This document shows positions 1-9,256 of a DNA stretch of 64,000 nucleotides, piece by piece (positions within the stretch are counted from its first letter, which is position 1; every line of letters begins with the position of its first letter). The DNA is from an uncultured Bacilli bacterium (GTDB lineage Bacteria; Bacillota_I; Bacilli_A; RF39; UBA660): the NCBI GenBank assembly GCA_947632375.1, contig CANRPF010000004.1, positions 1,019-65,018 of the forward strand, read 5' to 3'. The translations under genes were made by a program, and so were the position numbers. The notes beneath the pieces are model-generated. The model made no database searches and was not told the origin of the DNA. It saw only the letters and a program-made list of their open reading frames with translations.

Positions 1-48
1 ATTATTATATGGATAATTCATATAGTAATTTGGATTATAATAATTCAT
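1..48 (-). CDS. 5' part of a Tyr/Asn-rich ORF running off the window edge (MNYYNPNYYMNYPYNN...)
   Basis: GGAG RBS then ATG at 48; open to position 1. Confidence 0.55.
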   Translation of the reverse strand, partial: MNYYNPNYYMNYPYNN

Positions 49-248
49 ATAAATATCTCCTTTACTTGTTCTTTTGACATTACTATATAAAATTTTAATT
101 AAAACTTCTTTCAGAACTTGTCCTAAATTTTTATTAAAATTTTAAAATTTAGCACATAACTAAAGTTTAAGTAAAGGGATTAACATTTTTACATTTTGGG
201 AATTGTTTAGATTTTAGAGTTAAAATAATAGCAGAACTGCTTAACAAA

Positions 249-280
249 ATAAAAAAATAGGGAATCTTTCGATTCCCTAT
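249..280 (-). terminator. Rho-independent terminator at end of late operon
   Basis: ATAGGGAATC/GATTCCCTAT stem followed by T-run on minus strand. Confidence 0.75.
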
Positions 281-534
281 TCTAATATACATTCAACTAA
301 AGTCTTTTCATCTTCATTCTGTGAAAATTTAATTGAAGTAATATGAGTATCTTGAAATTGTAACATACCAGTTTTGCCAATTTCAAAATTTTCTCCGTCT
401 AATGAGACATAATGTCTAGTTTTTGTACTAATACCTATTTCTTTAATATATAAAAAATCAGAGCTACTTATACGATTAACTATCTCTTCATTCGCAGCAA
501 AAGGACCTTTTATTTGAATCATTTTTTCATTCAT
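277..534 (-). CDS. Small virion/tail-associated protein, similar to C-terminal domain of 6518..7216
   Basis: IGI...LDGENFEIGKTGML...ITSIKF vs VGI...LNGEEMHVGRTGIY...IKTIGF. Confidence 0.6.
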   Translation of the reverse strand: MNEKMIQIKGPFAANEEIVNRISSSDFLYIKEIGISTKTRHYVSLDGENFEIGKTGMLQFQDTHITSIKFSQNEDEKTLVECILE

Positions 535-659
535 GATTGTGGGTCGTCCTCCACTTGTCCGTCTATTTCAGCAGTAGCGTTAATTTTTTGTTCTACTTCC
601 TTAATCTGCGCTTCAATTTTCGTATAGTCATCTCCGCTTGAAGTATATACTCTACCCAT
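531..659 (-). CDS. 42-aa hypothetical protein (MGRVYTSSGDDY...), not in ORF track
   Basis: GGAGG RBS overlapping RT stop; ATGA overlap with next gene. Confidence 0.6.
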   Translation of the reverse strand: MGRVYTSSGDDYTKIEAQIKEVEQKINATAEIDGQVEDDPQS

Positions 660-671
660 AATTGTTCCTCC

Positions 672-1829
672 TTATGCGGCATATTGTAGCTTTTCTATTT
701 CTTCTCTCATTCTATCTATTGAAAACAAATCAGAATATTGTCGCTCTAGTTTCCATTGAGTTTTTCTACTTTGTTTGCCTTTAAAATAACCTCGCATAGA
801 TTGATGAGATTGTTCAATCATATCTAAAGTAATTTCACCCATAATATATAACTTATACATCTTTTTCATTCTTCTTCTTGTACGAGTTACATATTTTCTA
901 CTTACGTTTCTTACGACTTTGCCAGTTGATGTTAGATAATATTGTGTTTTTAAGAATGTAAAACTATGTGTTAATTTAACAATATGAATTTTATCTTCAT
1001 TTAAAATTATTCCTACTTCTGCACATTTCTTTCTAATTTCTTCTAAGCAATATAGTAAATATTCTTTACTTTCGTGTATTAAATAACTATCATCCATATA
1101 TCTAGCATAATATTTAATGTTTAAGACTTCAGTAATAAAATGGTCTACTTTATTAGGATAGTTAATTGCAAATGTTTGATTTGTCTCACTTCCTAAGCCT
1201 AAACTTTTTTCTCCATATGGTTCAACTGACTGTTTAATTAAATTTAATATTCTTTTATCATAAATCTTCTGTTCCATATCTTCATAGATAGGCTCATGAA
1301 GAATATTATCAAAATAACCTTTATAATCTATTAGAACTATATATCCATCTCTACCATGTTCTCTATAAAATTTACTTAAATGTTTTACTAAAGCCTTGTG
1401 ATGGAAATCAGTTCCTTTATGTTTTAAGCTAGCTCCATTATAATAAATAAGAGAGTTAGTAATTATTGGTATTAAACAATTTGTATTTAATGATTTTAAT
1501 ACAACTCGTTCACTAATATGAACGCTTCTAATTCTACGTACCTTACCTCTCTCACACAGTGTAAATTCATAAAAGCCTTTAGATATACTTTGGCCATTTC
1601 TTAATAGTCTGCGTGCTTTGTATATCTTCTCAAATATATCTACATCATATCTTTGTGTACTTGCCTTCCAACTTACACTTTTCTTACATTGTTGAAATGA
1701 ATTATATAAATTTTCAAAAGAAATTACATCATCAAAATTTCCATATTGCTCATTTAATTTCTTCTTTTTCTCTAATCTTTTAGCTTCGCGTCTTTGACGC
1801 CTAGCAGCATGTCGTTCCTCACTAGTCAC
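672..1829 (-). CDS. DGR reverse transcriptase (likely GTG start at 1829, MTSEERH..., 385 aa)
   Basis: RT motifs ERGKVRRI, IDYKGYFDNI, GLGSETNQ, YARYMDD, FTFL; AGAGGAG RBS before GTG; adjacent TR and avd. Confidence 0.93.
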   Translation of the reverse strand: MTSEERHAARRQRREAKRLEKKKKLNEQYGNFDDVISFENLYNSFQQCKKSVSWKASTQRYDVDIFEKIYKARRLLRNGQSISKGFYEFTLCERGKVRRIRSVHISERVVLKSLNTNCLIPIITNSLIYYNGASLKHKGTDFHHKALVKHLSKFYREHGRDGYIVLIDYKGYFDNILHEPIYEDMEQKIYDKRILNLIKQSVEPYGEKSLGLGSETNQTFAINYPNKVDHFITEVLNIKYYARYMDDSYLIHESKEYLLYCLEEIRKKCAEVGIILNEDKIHIVKLTHSFTFLKTQYYLTSTGKVVRNVSRKYVTRTRRRMKKMYKLYIMGEITLDMIEQSHQSMRGYFKGKQSRKTQWKLERQYSDLFSIDRMREEIEKLQYAA

Positions 1830-2256
1830 AATGACGCTCCTCTCTAATATAAAAAAATAATGTGTACTACGAGCCTTATTCAGGTGTGGTAGTACACTAT
1901 ATTCTGTCTCACGGTACTTATGTATTTTACCTTCTTTGTGCCAAAGGGTATGGGCATGAAAATAAGGATAATACATGAACCTTATCCATGCAAGCAGCGT
2001 CCGCCCACCCCATCAGAATACTCATTCGCGAGATATGCATCCCGACCCGTCACTTTCTCATATGGTAATATTAAAATATGTTATATTATATTATTTACGC
2101 TTGTACTGCGTTGGAGTCTCAATAAACTCTTGATGGTTTGATAATAAATCTATCAAACTTGATTTCAGCTTGTATCTTACTGGTAAAAAGACCTTAAATA
2201 GCCTACTTTGACTATACATACCGGGCCGCGCGAAGCGCGTCCCTTGTTACCATATC

Positions 2257-2374
2257 CACACAGGAACCCCATTCGAGTTGGTAGCCGTGTTGTTGTTGGC
2301 ATTCCCGTTGTTGTTGACATTACAGCAGTTAGTAGAGTTACCCGAGTTCACAGAACACAACCACCAGTTGTAGC
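2257..2374 (-). repeat. DGR template repeat (TR), 118 bp
   Basis: Gap-free alignment to 3165..3282; AAC/AAT-rich (reads NWWLCSVNSGNSTNCCNVNNNGNANNNTATNSNGVPV). Confidence 0.96.
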
Positions 2375-2466
2375 TTTTTTTATACAACTGCTCAACTCAC
2401 AACAAGGCATCCACCACGAAAAGAATGGGTGACCCCGAGAACATAGAAAGTAACGTATATATAAAA

Positions 2467-2904
2467 CTAAGAAATGTTAGCTAATCTATTAGCACGCTTC
2501 TTAGCAATAATATCTAATTCACGTTTAATTAACCCTTGTTCGTCAACAATCATTCCTACAACTCTTTCATAAGGGTTAATCTTAAAGAAGTATTGACCTC
2601 TAGCTGAAGCCAATTCAGATAAAATTTGCTTACACGCATCTAGCATATTAAGCAAAGCCTCTTTCTTGCGGTAATATATGAAATCAGTTTCATCTGACTG
2701 ATTTTTACAATTATCATATACATAACCATTGTCTATTAGTGTTCTACACTTATCTATCATTGGTATTGCATATACATACCTATATTTCTTAGGTATAATT
2801 TTTTCATTCATAACCATTTTGGTTACTTCTGTTCTAATTTTAAAAGCTGTATTTAAAAACTCAATTTCAGAAGTTTCTCTGTCCTTTACTAAAACATTAC
2901 TCAT
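2467..2904 (-). CDS. avd: DGR accessory variability determinant (Avd-like four-helix bundle)
   Basis: 145 aa, basic and helical, IPKKYRY motif, immediately upstream of TR. Confidence 0.8.
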   Translation of the reverse strand: MSNVLVKDRETSEIEFLNTAFKIRTEVTKMVMNEKIIPKKYRYVYAIPMIDKCRTLIDNGYVYDNCKNQSDETDFIYYRKKEALLNMLDACKQILSELASARGQYFFKINPYERVVGMIVDEQGLIKRELDIIAKKRANRLANIS

Positions 2905-3100
2905 TTTCTGCTAACTGAGCCTCTAATTCATTGATTCTGTCTCTCCAGCTCTGTCTTTCAGCTTTAATAGAAGCATATTCCTCTTCAGGAATTAATCCTT
3001 CAGAATGCTTGGTTGCTTGATAATCTGTCTGGTTCAACAAAATTTTATACATGTTAATGTCGTTCATAATATTATCAATTTCAAGTGGTGTTAATTTCAT
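2897..3100 (-). CDS. Small tail-fibre chaperone-like protein
   Basis: LNQTDY...K..EG...EEY...ERQSWRDRINELE pattern common after phage fibre genes. Confidence 0.55.
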   Translation of the reverse strand: MKLTPLEIDNIMNDINMYKILLNQTDYQATKHSEGLIPEEEYASIKAERQSWRDRINELEAQLAENE

Positions 3101-3127
3101 AATTTTGTCCTAACCTTTCAAAATTTT

Positions 3128-4000
3128 TTAACCGCCTATTTTAGTTGTTGCAGCAGTTCTGAAGCACACAGGAACCCCAAGCGAGCCGGCAGCCGTGGCG
3201 TCGTTGGCATGCCCGTGGTAGTCGACATAACAGCAGCAAGTAGAGTTACCCGAGTCCACAGAACACAACCACCAGCTGCAGCGACTGCCACCATTTCCTT
3301 TACCTTTAATTCTATGTTTCCAGCTATTTGCGAACAATGGATATTGAACAGCCTGTGTTGAACCATAACCTTTTTGTCCCCAAACATTAGTACCAAATAC
3401 TTCATATTCACTTGGAAGCCATAATCTACCCATTGGATACCAGTGCCAACCAGTTGATTCAGTTAAATCTTGTCCTACCCCTTGCTGATGTCCACGTCTT
3501 TCCAAAATATTGATTTTATTTATAATTACATCTTTTACTTCTTGTGGTAGTTTTTCATAAATAGTTTCAAGGTCTTGATAAATGTGAGACTGTAACCACG
3601 GAACATCAGTTCCTTTATCTGGATTTTGTGCTTCTTCAAAAAAAGCGTTATTAGTAGCTGTTAAGTTCCATTGATGTAAGTCATTTAAGCAATCTCTACT
3701 AATCCAATCAATATGATGTGGAACTGGATTTAAAGCAGTTGTATCATAATCACCATGAACTTCTGTCCAACCAGTATTATAATGAGTATCAATACCAGCA
3801 ATTTCCATGATAACTTTTTCTTCGCCGACTTGAATTTCCTTAAAGTCTCCAACTCTAATATCACTATAGTCACCATCTCTACTCATATTTTTCAGGTCAT
3901 CCCATGTATAAGCAGATAAATCTCTGCCTTCATACATCTGAGGGCCTTCCATGCCAATATTATACTCCTTGCCATTTAATGCCAATTTTGTAATTGCCAT
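3128..4000 (-). CDS. DGR target protein, putative receptor-binding C-type-lectin-fold (DUF6273-like) protein
   Basis: LWLPSEYEVFG, YPLF, WWL.S and GVPVCF motifs; VR at C-terminus; last gene of tail module. Confidence 0.85.
   Translation of the reverse strand: MAITKLALNGKEYNIGMEGPQMYEGRDLSAYTWDDLKNMSRDGDYSDIRVGDFKEIQVGEEKVIMEIAGIDTHYNTGWTEVHGDYDTTALNPVPHHIDWISRDCLNDLHQWNLTATNNAFFEEAQNPDKGTDVPWLQSHIYQDLETIYEKLPQEVKDVIINKINILERRGHQQGVGQDLTESTGWHWYPMGRLWLPSEYEVFGTNVWGQKGYGSTQAVQYPLFANSWKHRIKGKGNGGSRCSWWLCSVDSGNSTCCCYVDYHGHANDATAAGSLGVPVCFRTAATTKIGG
3165..3282 (-). repeat. DGR variable repeat (VR)
   Basis: 18 mismatches to TR, all at TR adenines on the coding strand. Confidence 0.96.
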
Positions 4001-4011
4001 AGTTTTCTCCT

Positions 4012-4773
4012 TTACTCTTTATATCCATTTTTTACTATCAATTTCTGACCTGCTTCATCTATTTCAAACAGCTCAGGAACTAAAGTCAATACATTAGGTT
4101 TTAAAGAAGAATGATATGCAGTATTGATAAAAGAAAATAACAATGTATCTTTATCTCTCAACTTAAATATATTCTTCTGTAAATATTCAATAGTTACTAA
4201 ATCTTTGCCCTCTTGAGGCTCTCCTCCACCTTGTACAATCTTAGTCTCATCATCAGGTAAAATATGCGTTTCATCAGCATCTAATTTCCATAAAGGTATA
4301 TCTGCTGGAATTGGCATAGAACCTAATACTATACCAACAGTAATATCAGAAGTGGGTTGACTGTAGGCAGTAAATATTACTTCTCCATTACCAGTCTCAA
4401 TATAACCATGAGATAAAATAGCAAAATTTTTAGTATACTCTGCTTCCTCTTGTGCTGTTGCATCTTGTTTCATTAAACCAACTAAAAGACCATTTCTATC
4501 AGAAATTTGTTCAGATTCAACGGTTTGAGTATATGTACCATTTTCTCCTTGGCTAACCCAACTTTCTTTTTTAACCTCAATAGGAACTAAAATACTACCT
4601 TTATCTATTTCAACAATAATATTATCTAATTTTGTTTCAAGGTCAATGCCCTCTTTTAAAAGAACAAATTCACCTTTTGCTCCTAAAGGATAAGTAACAA
4701 AAGAGCCATCTGCCTTTTTTAAATTAAGAGTTCTTACGACCTTATCTTTTGGTATATCATATTTTGGTGGCAT
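4012..4773 (-). CDS. Tail fibre/adaptor protein
   Basis: W......YTQTV...P..DITV repeat-like fibre domain; synteny. Confidence 0.5.
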   Translation of the reverse strand: MPPKYDIPKDKVVRTLNLKKADGSFVTYPLGAKGEFVLLKEGIDLETKLDNIIVEIDKGSILVPIEVKKESWVSQGENGTYTQTVESEQISDRNGLLVGLMKQDATAQEEAEYTKNFAILSHGYIETGNGEVIFTAYSQPTSDITVGIVLGSMPIPADIPLWKLDADETHILPDDETKIVQGGGEPQEGKDLVTIEYLQKNIFKLRDKDTLLFSFINTAYHSSLKPNVLTLVPELFEIDEAGQKLIVKNGYKE

Positions 4774-4787
4774 AATTTACTCCTTTC

Positions 4788-6503
4788 TTATCCTTCAGGA
4801 GCGACAATCTTTTCTTCAACTCTAAACCATACACCATCTGGTTCTAGTTTTTCATATTTTTCGCTCTCAGTTTCTTCACCAACTGCAATTATATGACCTA
4901 TTTCTAATTGTAAAGTACCTAAATAATACCAACCTTTATATTTTCCATTCAATAAACTATAATCAAAACCGTAAAACAATTTTCCATGTTTGTCCAATCC
5001 AACTGTTACAACTTTACCTGCTAAATTAGTAGTATATTCTTCATCAACATATAAAGTTTGTCCATTTATTTCAAGTATTGCTTTACCCTGTTCATCAACA
5101 GTATATCCAAGTCCATTTGGATAATGTTCATTTAAATATTCAATAGTTTGTTCAATAGAATTTATTTTATCTCCAAGCTCAGCTTCAGTAAGATTTAGAC
5201 CAATCAATATACCATCATAATCTTTAACTGAACCTAAATCTTGCCAATCTAATTCATTATGATAACCAGTTCCGCTTGGTCCTTTATAATTCTGTCCACT
5301 TTCTTGAATTTGCTTGCGCTTTTCAGGGTCACTATATTTAACAATTAAATGAAAGTCTTCTGTGACTTCTGCTTTTATTATATAATTTATAGGATTACCA
5401 ATCTTTTCCTTTTCACCAGTGTTATAAGTAATTTCAAACTTCTGGTCACCAGTACCTTCGGTTTCCCCAGTATCAATAATTACTGAATCAATCCATTTAA
5501 CTACTGGTTCTTCTAATACCTTATCTTCGCCATGAGCAAAGTGTAATGTAATCTTACCATCTTCACTTATATCAAGACCACTTAACCATTTTAAATTCAA
5601 TGTTTCATCATCATTATGAGTATATGTTAAATGAATCAAACCTTCATCATCAATAAAAATACTCTCAATGACATTATAATCACCAACATATTGAGTAACT
5701 GGTTCACCAGTTTCATTCTTATCATAATGCTCATAATCAATGACCCATACAGAACGATGATTTTCTGCATCATCTTCTTGACCAGTGTATGTCTCAATAG
5801 TAATCTCTGTATCACCAGCATCAACTACTCTTAAATTCTTAAAAGTATCACCTTTAATACCTTTAGGAATCGCAATATGCCACTGTTCAAAGAAAGGATG
5901 CGCACCATCATCTTCTCTAGTAATTAAATCAGTATTAGTAAATCCAGCTTCCTCACTATCTCTATTATAATAAGGACTTTCTGATTTAGCTGTAAAATCA
6001 ATTACTGGATATGGTAACTGGAAACCAACATAAGCTGTACAATCATCATTATTTGGAGTTCTAACAGAATAACAATTCCATTTAATTACATCATTAAATG
6101 TATCTTCCTCTTCTCCGCCATCTATCTTACCTGGCACCAATGCCTCATTATCTACTGACCAATCACCTTCAGAATATCTATATTGTACGCCTTCTTCTTT
6201 TGGCATATCTTTAATATTCTTATAAGTATCTAATTCTACATGAGGAGCCTTACCTGCTGGTCCTACAATAGTACCAACATATTGGGCACCACCCATCTCA
6301 TTAGTATAATCATAACCACGTCTAAATATTTTACCATTATCTTTGTCATTTTTATCTTCTGTGTTAATTAACACATATTCATTAAAGTGAACCGCCTCAA
6401 ATTCAGGTCCTTTCTGAAAATCTTTGACCATCGCTGCGATAGACAAATAGGACTTGGATATTACAAAGGAAAATCCACTACGACCACCATAGAAGCTATC
6501 CAT
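4788..6503 (-). CDS. Tail-tip/baseplate structural protein
   Basis: Acidic 571 aa, GPAG and IPKGIKGD segments; synteny. Confidence 0.5.
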   Translation of the reverse strand: MDSFYGGRSGFSFVISKSYLSIAAMVKDFQKGPEFEAVHFNEYVLINTEDKNDKDNGKIFRRGYDYTNEMGGAQYVGTIVGPAGKAPHVELDTYKNIKDMPKEEGVQYRYSEGDWSVDNEALVPGKIDGGEEEDTFNDVIKWNCYSVRTPNNDDCTAYVGFQLPYPVIDFTAKSESPYYNRDSEEAGFTNTDLITREDDGAHPFFEQWHIAIPKGIKGDTFKNLRVVDAGDTEITIETYTGQEDDAENHRSVWVIDYEHYDKNETGEPVTQYVGDYNVIESIFIDDEGLIHLTYTHNDDETLNLKWLSGLDISEDGKITLHFAHGEDKVLEEPVVKWIDSVIIDTGETEGTGDQKFEITYNTGEKEKIGNPINYIIKAEVTEDFHLIVKYSDPEKRKQIQESGQNYKGPSGTGYHNELDWQDLGSVKDYDGILIGLNLTEAELGDKINSIEQTIEYLNEHYPNGLGYTVDEQGKAILEINGQTLYVDEEYTTNLAGKVVTVGLDKHGKLFYGFDYSLLNGKYKGWYYLGTLQLEIGHIIAVGEETESEKYEKLEPDGVWFRVEEKIVAPEG

Positions 6504-6517
6504 CTACTTTTACCTCC

Positions 6518-7216
6518 TTAATAATATTTAAAGTCCATAGTAAAATAATCTAAGCCATCTTGTGTAACAAGCGACTCTTTCAAGACAAAGCCAATAGTCT
6601 TGATTGTAATATCATCATAATATAACTCATAAATACCTGTTCTACCAACATGCATTTCTTCTCCATTAAGAACAAACAATAATCCAGGTGGACCTTGAAT
6701 ACCCACTTTTTTTAATCCATTCTTAATAGAATATTTACTTTTCAAGTATGAATCTATTATATTAGTCACAGAATCAAATCTCTCTATGTTAATTTTCATA
6801 AATCTACCATTTGTTTTATCTTCATTATACATTGTGAAATCCAACGCGTCTCTTCTTAATTCAAATACAACTCTGTCATAGATTGCATTAGGATTAAAAA
6901 TTAACTCAAAATATGTTTCTCCTTCACCTTGAGGAACTATATATGTTCTTACAGATTGTACATCTTCTTGAGTCATTTCACTATGTTCTAGTTTAATAGT
7001 AAATTTTTGTTGAGAGTCTGGAAGTTGTGTAACACTAAAAGCTAGATAATAACTCTGTAGTGAACTAATAGGGCTTGATTCATCCAATTCTAATTCAGGG
7101 TCATAGAAGTCAATTATATCAGTTTCCTGTAACTTTTTACCTATCTTATAAGTTACTGGCGCTGTATAATTATCTACTTGCGTTCTTCTAAATTGACCTA
7201 TATTGAACGTAGCCAT
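6518..7216 (-). CDS. Tail-tip structural protein
   Basis: Beta-rich ORF in tail operon. Confidence 0.45.
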   Translation of the reverse strand: MATFNIGQFRRTQVDNYTAPVTYKIGKKLQETDIIDFYDPELELDESSPISSLQSYYLAFSVTQLPDSQQKFTIKLEHSEMTQEDVQSVRTYIVPQGEGETYFELIFNPNAIYDRVVFELRRDALDFTMYNEDKTNGRFMKINIERFDSVTNIIDSYLKSKYSIKNGLKKVGIQGPPGLLFVLNGEEMHVGRTGIYELYYDDITIKTIGFVLKESLVTQDGLDYFTMDFKYY

Positions 7217-7235
7217 TTTCCTTTTATCTCCTTCC

Positions 7236-9254
7236 TTACAATCTATCTAAAGCACGAGTGCAAGCTAATGTCATTGTGCTACTAATATCAAGAGGAATGG
7301 TAATTGTATTTATCATATAATCACCATGTATATCACTTTCAGAATCTTCCACCGAAATTCTTGTATTAGGTTCAAGATATAATACTGGTAAACTATTTAC
7401 AGAAATACTTTCATTATAGCTAGTATACTGATATAGTAATTCTCTAACTAATACATATGCTGAATTAAAACTACCACCAATAGCAAGCAAACTATATATA
7501 TTATCATTAACTTGTATATAATCTTGACCTTGTGCTTCACATTCGGCTCTTAAATCTCCAATCAATGGGTCGCTAGTATTTAATATAATTAAATCAGGGA
7601 TTTCTGGTTCAAATACACAATTAATACTATCATCAACTACAATTTTCTGGCGACGACCAATATTTTGAATGCTTAATTCTCCAATGGCTGCGCTTGTATC
7701 AATAAAATCTAAATAATAATCTATATCACTCTGATATTTTAAAGTTTCATCAAAGAATTTACCATTTTGAACATCATACAATTTAGGCCATTCATTCTTT
7801 AATTCAGTATAATAATAATTACTTTTAGTGGCCAATGGGTCACTGGCGCAACCAGATAAATATAGTTCATCACGCCAATCTTTAGTAGTAACTTGCTGTA
7901 AGCCAATAGTCAACAAGTTATATTGTTTATTTTCATAATCCCACTCATATACTTTACCAGTTGAAGTATCCATATAAAATACTTCTTGTTGACCAACCGC
8001 AGGAAATTGATTCATTGACGCAAACTTTAATGGACATTTAGCTTTAGTCAATCCATCAAGAGGGTCAGTATAAAAGAAACAATCATAAGTATTACCAACA
8101 GTTGGTTTCTTATCAATAGCAAGATGATAACGAATAGGTACATTATTACCATTTGCATCTTCCTTCATTCCCCATACAATATAATCATTTTTAATCATAT
8201 TATATTGTGGAGTATTATTATATGCAGTAATAAGTACACCATCATCAAATGTATATATTGCCTTACCTTTAGACATATCAATGACATAATCATCTTTAGT
8301 CATCTGGTCTAATACTACGGTAGCTTGACTAGTATTGATATAATTCTTTTTTTCTTGGAATATAAAATTCCCTTCAACATCATAAAAATACTCATAATTA
8401 CCCAGTACTCCAAGAATCTGGTCTAATATATCACAAACTGAATTGCCTGCATCTCCAATCAACTCACCAGGATAAGTAAAATCAGTATATATATAACCAA
8501 TATCATCACCATATTCATACATCTTATAAGTACCTGCGGAAGCCGCCTCACTGGCGTCAGTAGTCGGGGTATATTGTACAGTACCGCCGTCCGCGCGTTC
8601 AATAATATATAAAGGTGACGAACCAGTCCACTTCATAACTTGTTTTACTCTTGTATCAAGGTCATGAATAATAATCTTCGGTATTTGTTCTCCACCGAAG
8701 TGATTAACTAATTCATATATAATCTGATAAATAGTTGGTTTTAATGTAACATACTTACCATTCTCATCTATTGTATCGTACTCATGAAATACTGTTGAAG
8801 CAGGAATTGTTCCACCAACCTCTCCATTCAATAAACACATCTTATCTCTTAATTGTAATGCTATATTTACCCCATCAAGAGAATGAGAAATGGACGGCGA
8901 ACCCATTACATAAATTCCCATTGGAAACCATAAAATGGAATATTGCGTATATTCATCAGTAGTATTAACATAACCAATTTCTACACTAACTTTTTTATTT
9001 ATAGAAAACAAGTTATCTACATTTGTTAAATCATTATCACCATTATAAGCTACTAGCGATAAATTACAGGTTCTTCTAACAGATGAATTACCATCTAATG
9101 TAATACTACCGCCAGTAGCTCTTCCTTCTATTGATTGTATTGGTGTTTCATCATAATTCAAAACAGTTATTTTTACATACTGTTCTTTATTTTTCAATCT
9201 ATCAATTTTTTGTAAGAAAGTAGAGTTTTTTAAGTAAGGATATGTTTTTTTCAT
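7236..9254 (-). CDS. Baseplate hub/Tal-like tail protein (DUF5048-like)
   Basis: GGSITLDGNSSVRRTCNL, LRDKMCLLNG, YFYDVEGNFIFQ, LEPNTRI motifs. Confidence 0.6.
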   Translation of the reverse strand: MKKTYPYLKNSTFLQKIDRLKNKEQYVKITVLNYDETPIQSIEGRATGGSITLDGNSSVRRTCNLSLVAYNGDNDLTNVDNLFSINKKVSVEIGYVNTTDEYTQYSILWFPMGIYVMGSPSISHSLDGVNIALQLRDKMCLLNGEVGGTIPASTVFHEYDTIDENGKYVTLKPTIYQIIYELVNHFGGEQIPKIIIHDLDTRVKQVMKWTGSSPLYIIERADGGTVQYTPTTDASEAASAGTYKMYEYGDDIGYIYTDFTYPGELIGDAGNSVCDILDQILGVLGNYEYFYDVEGNFIFQEKKNYINTSQATVVLDQMTKDDYVIDMSKGKAIYTFDDGVLITAYNNTPQYNMIKNDYIVWGMKEDANGNNVPIRYHLAIDKKPTVGNTYDCFFYTDPLDGLTKAKCPLKFASMNQFPAVGQQEVFYMDTSTGKVYEWDYENKQYNLLTIGLQQVTTKDWRDELYLSGCASDPLATKSNYYYTELKNEWPKLYDVQNGKFFDETLKYQSDIDYYLDFIDTSAAIGELSIQNIGRRQKIVVDDSINCVFEPEIPDLIILNTSDPLIGDLRAECEAQGQDYIQVNDNIYSLLAIGGSFNSAYVLVRELLYQYTSYNESISVNSLPVLYLEPNTRISVEDSESDIHGDYMINTITIPLDISSTMTLACTRALDRL

Positions 9255-9256
9255 AC

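Noticed and set aside
672-1829. RT as group II intron, retron or Abi RT
   Set aside because: TR/VR pair and avd identify a DGR; no maturase or endonuclease domain
1830-1976. 49-aa N-terminal extension of RT in the ORF track
   Set aside because: A good RBS precedes GTG at 1829; the extension overlaps the structured spacer
1920-2432. Plus-strand ORFs 1920..2141 and 2208..2432
   Set aside because: Antisense to the DGR RNA; no RBS; by-product of the AAC-rich TR
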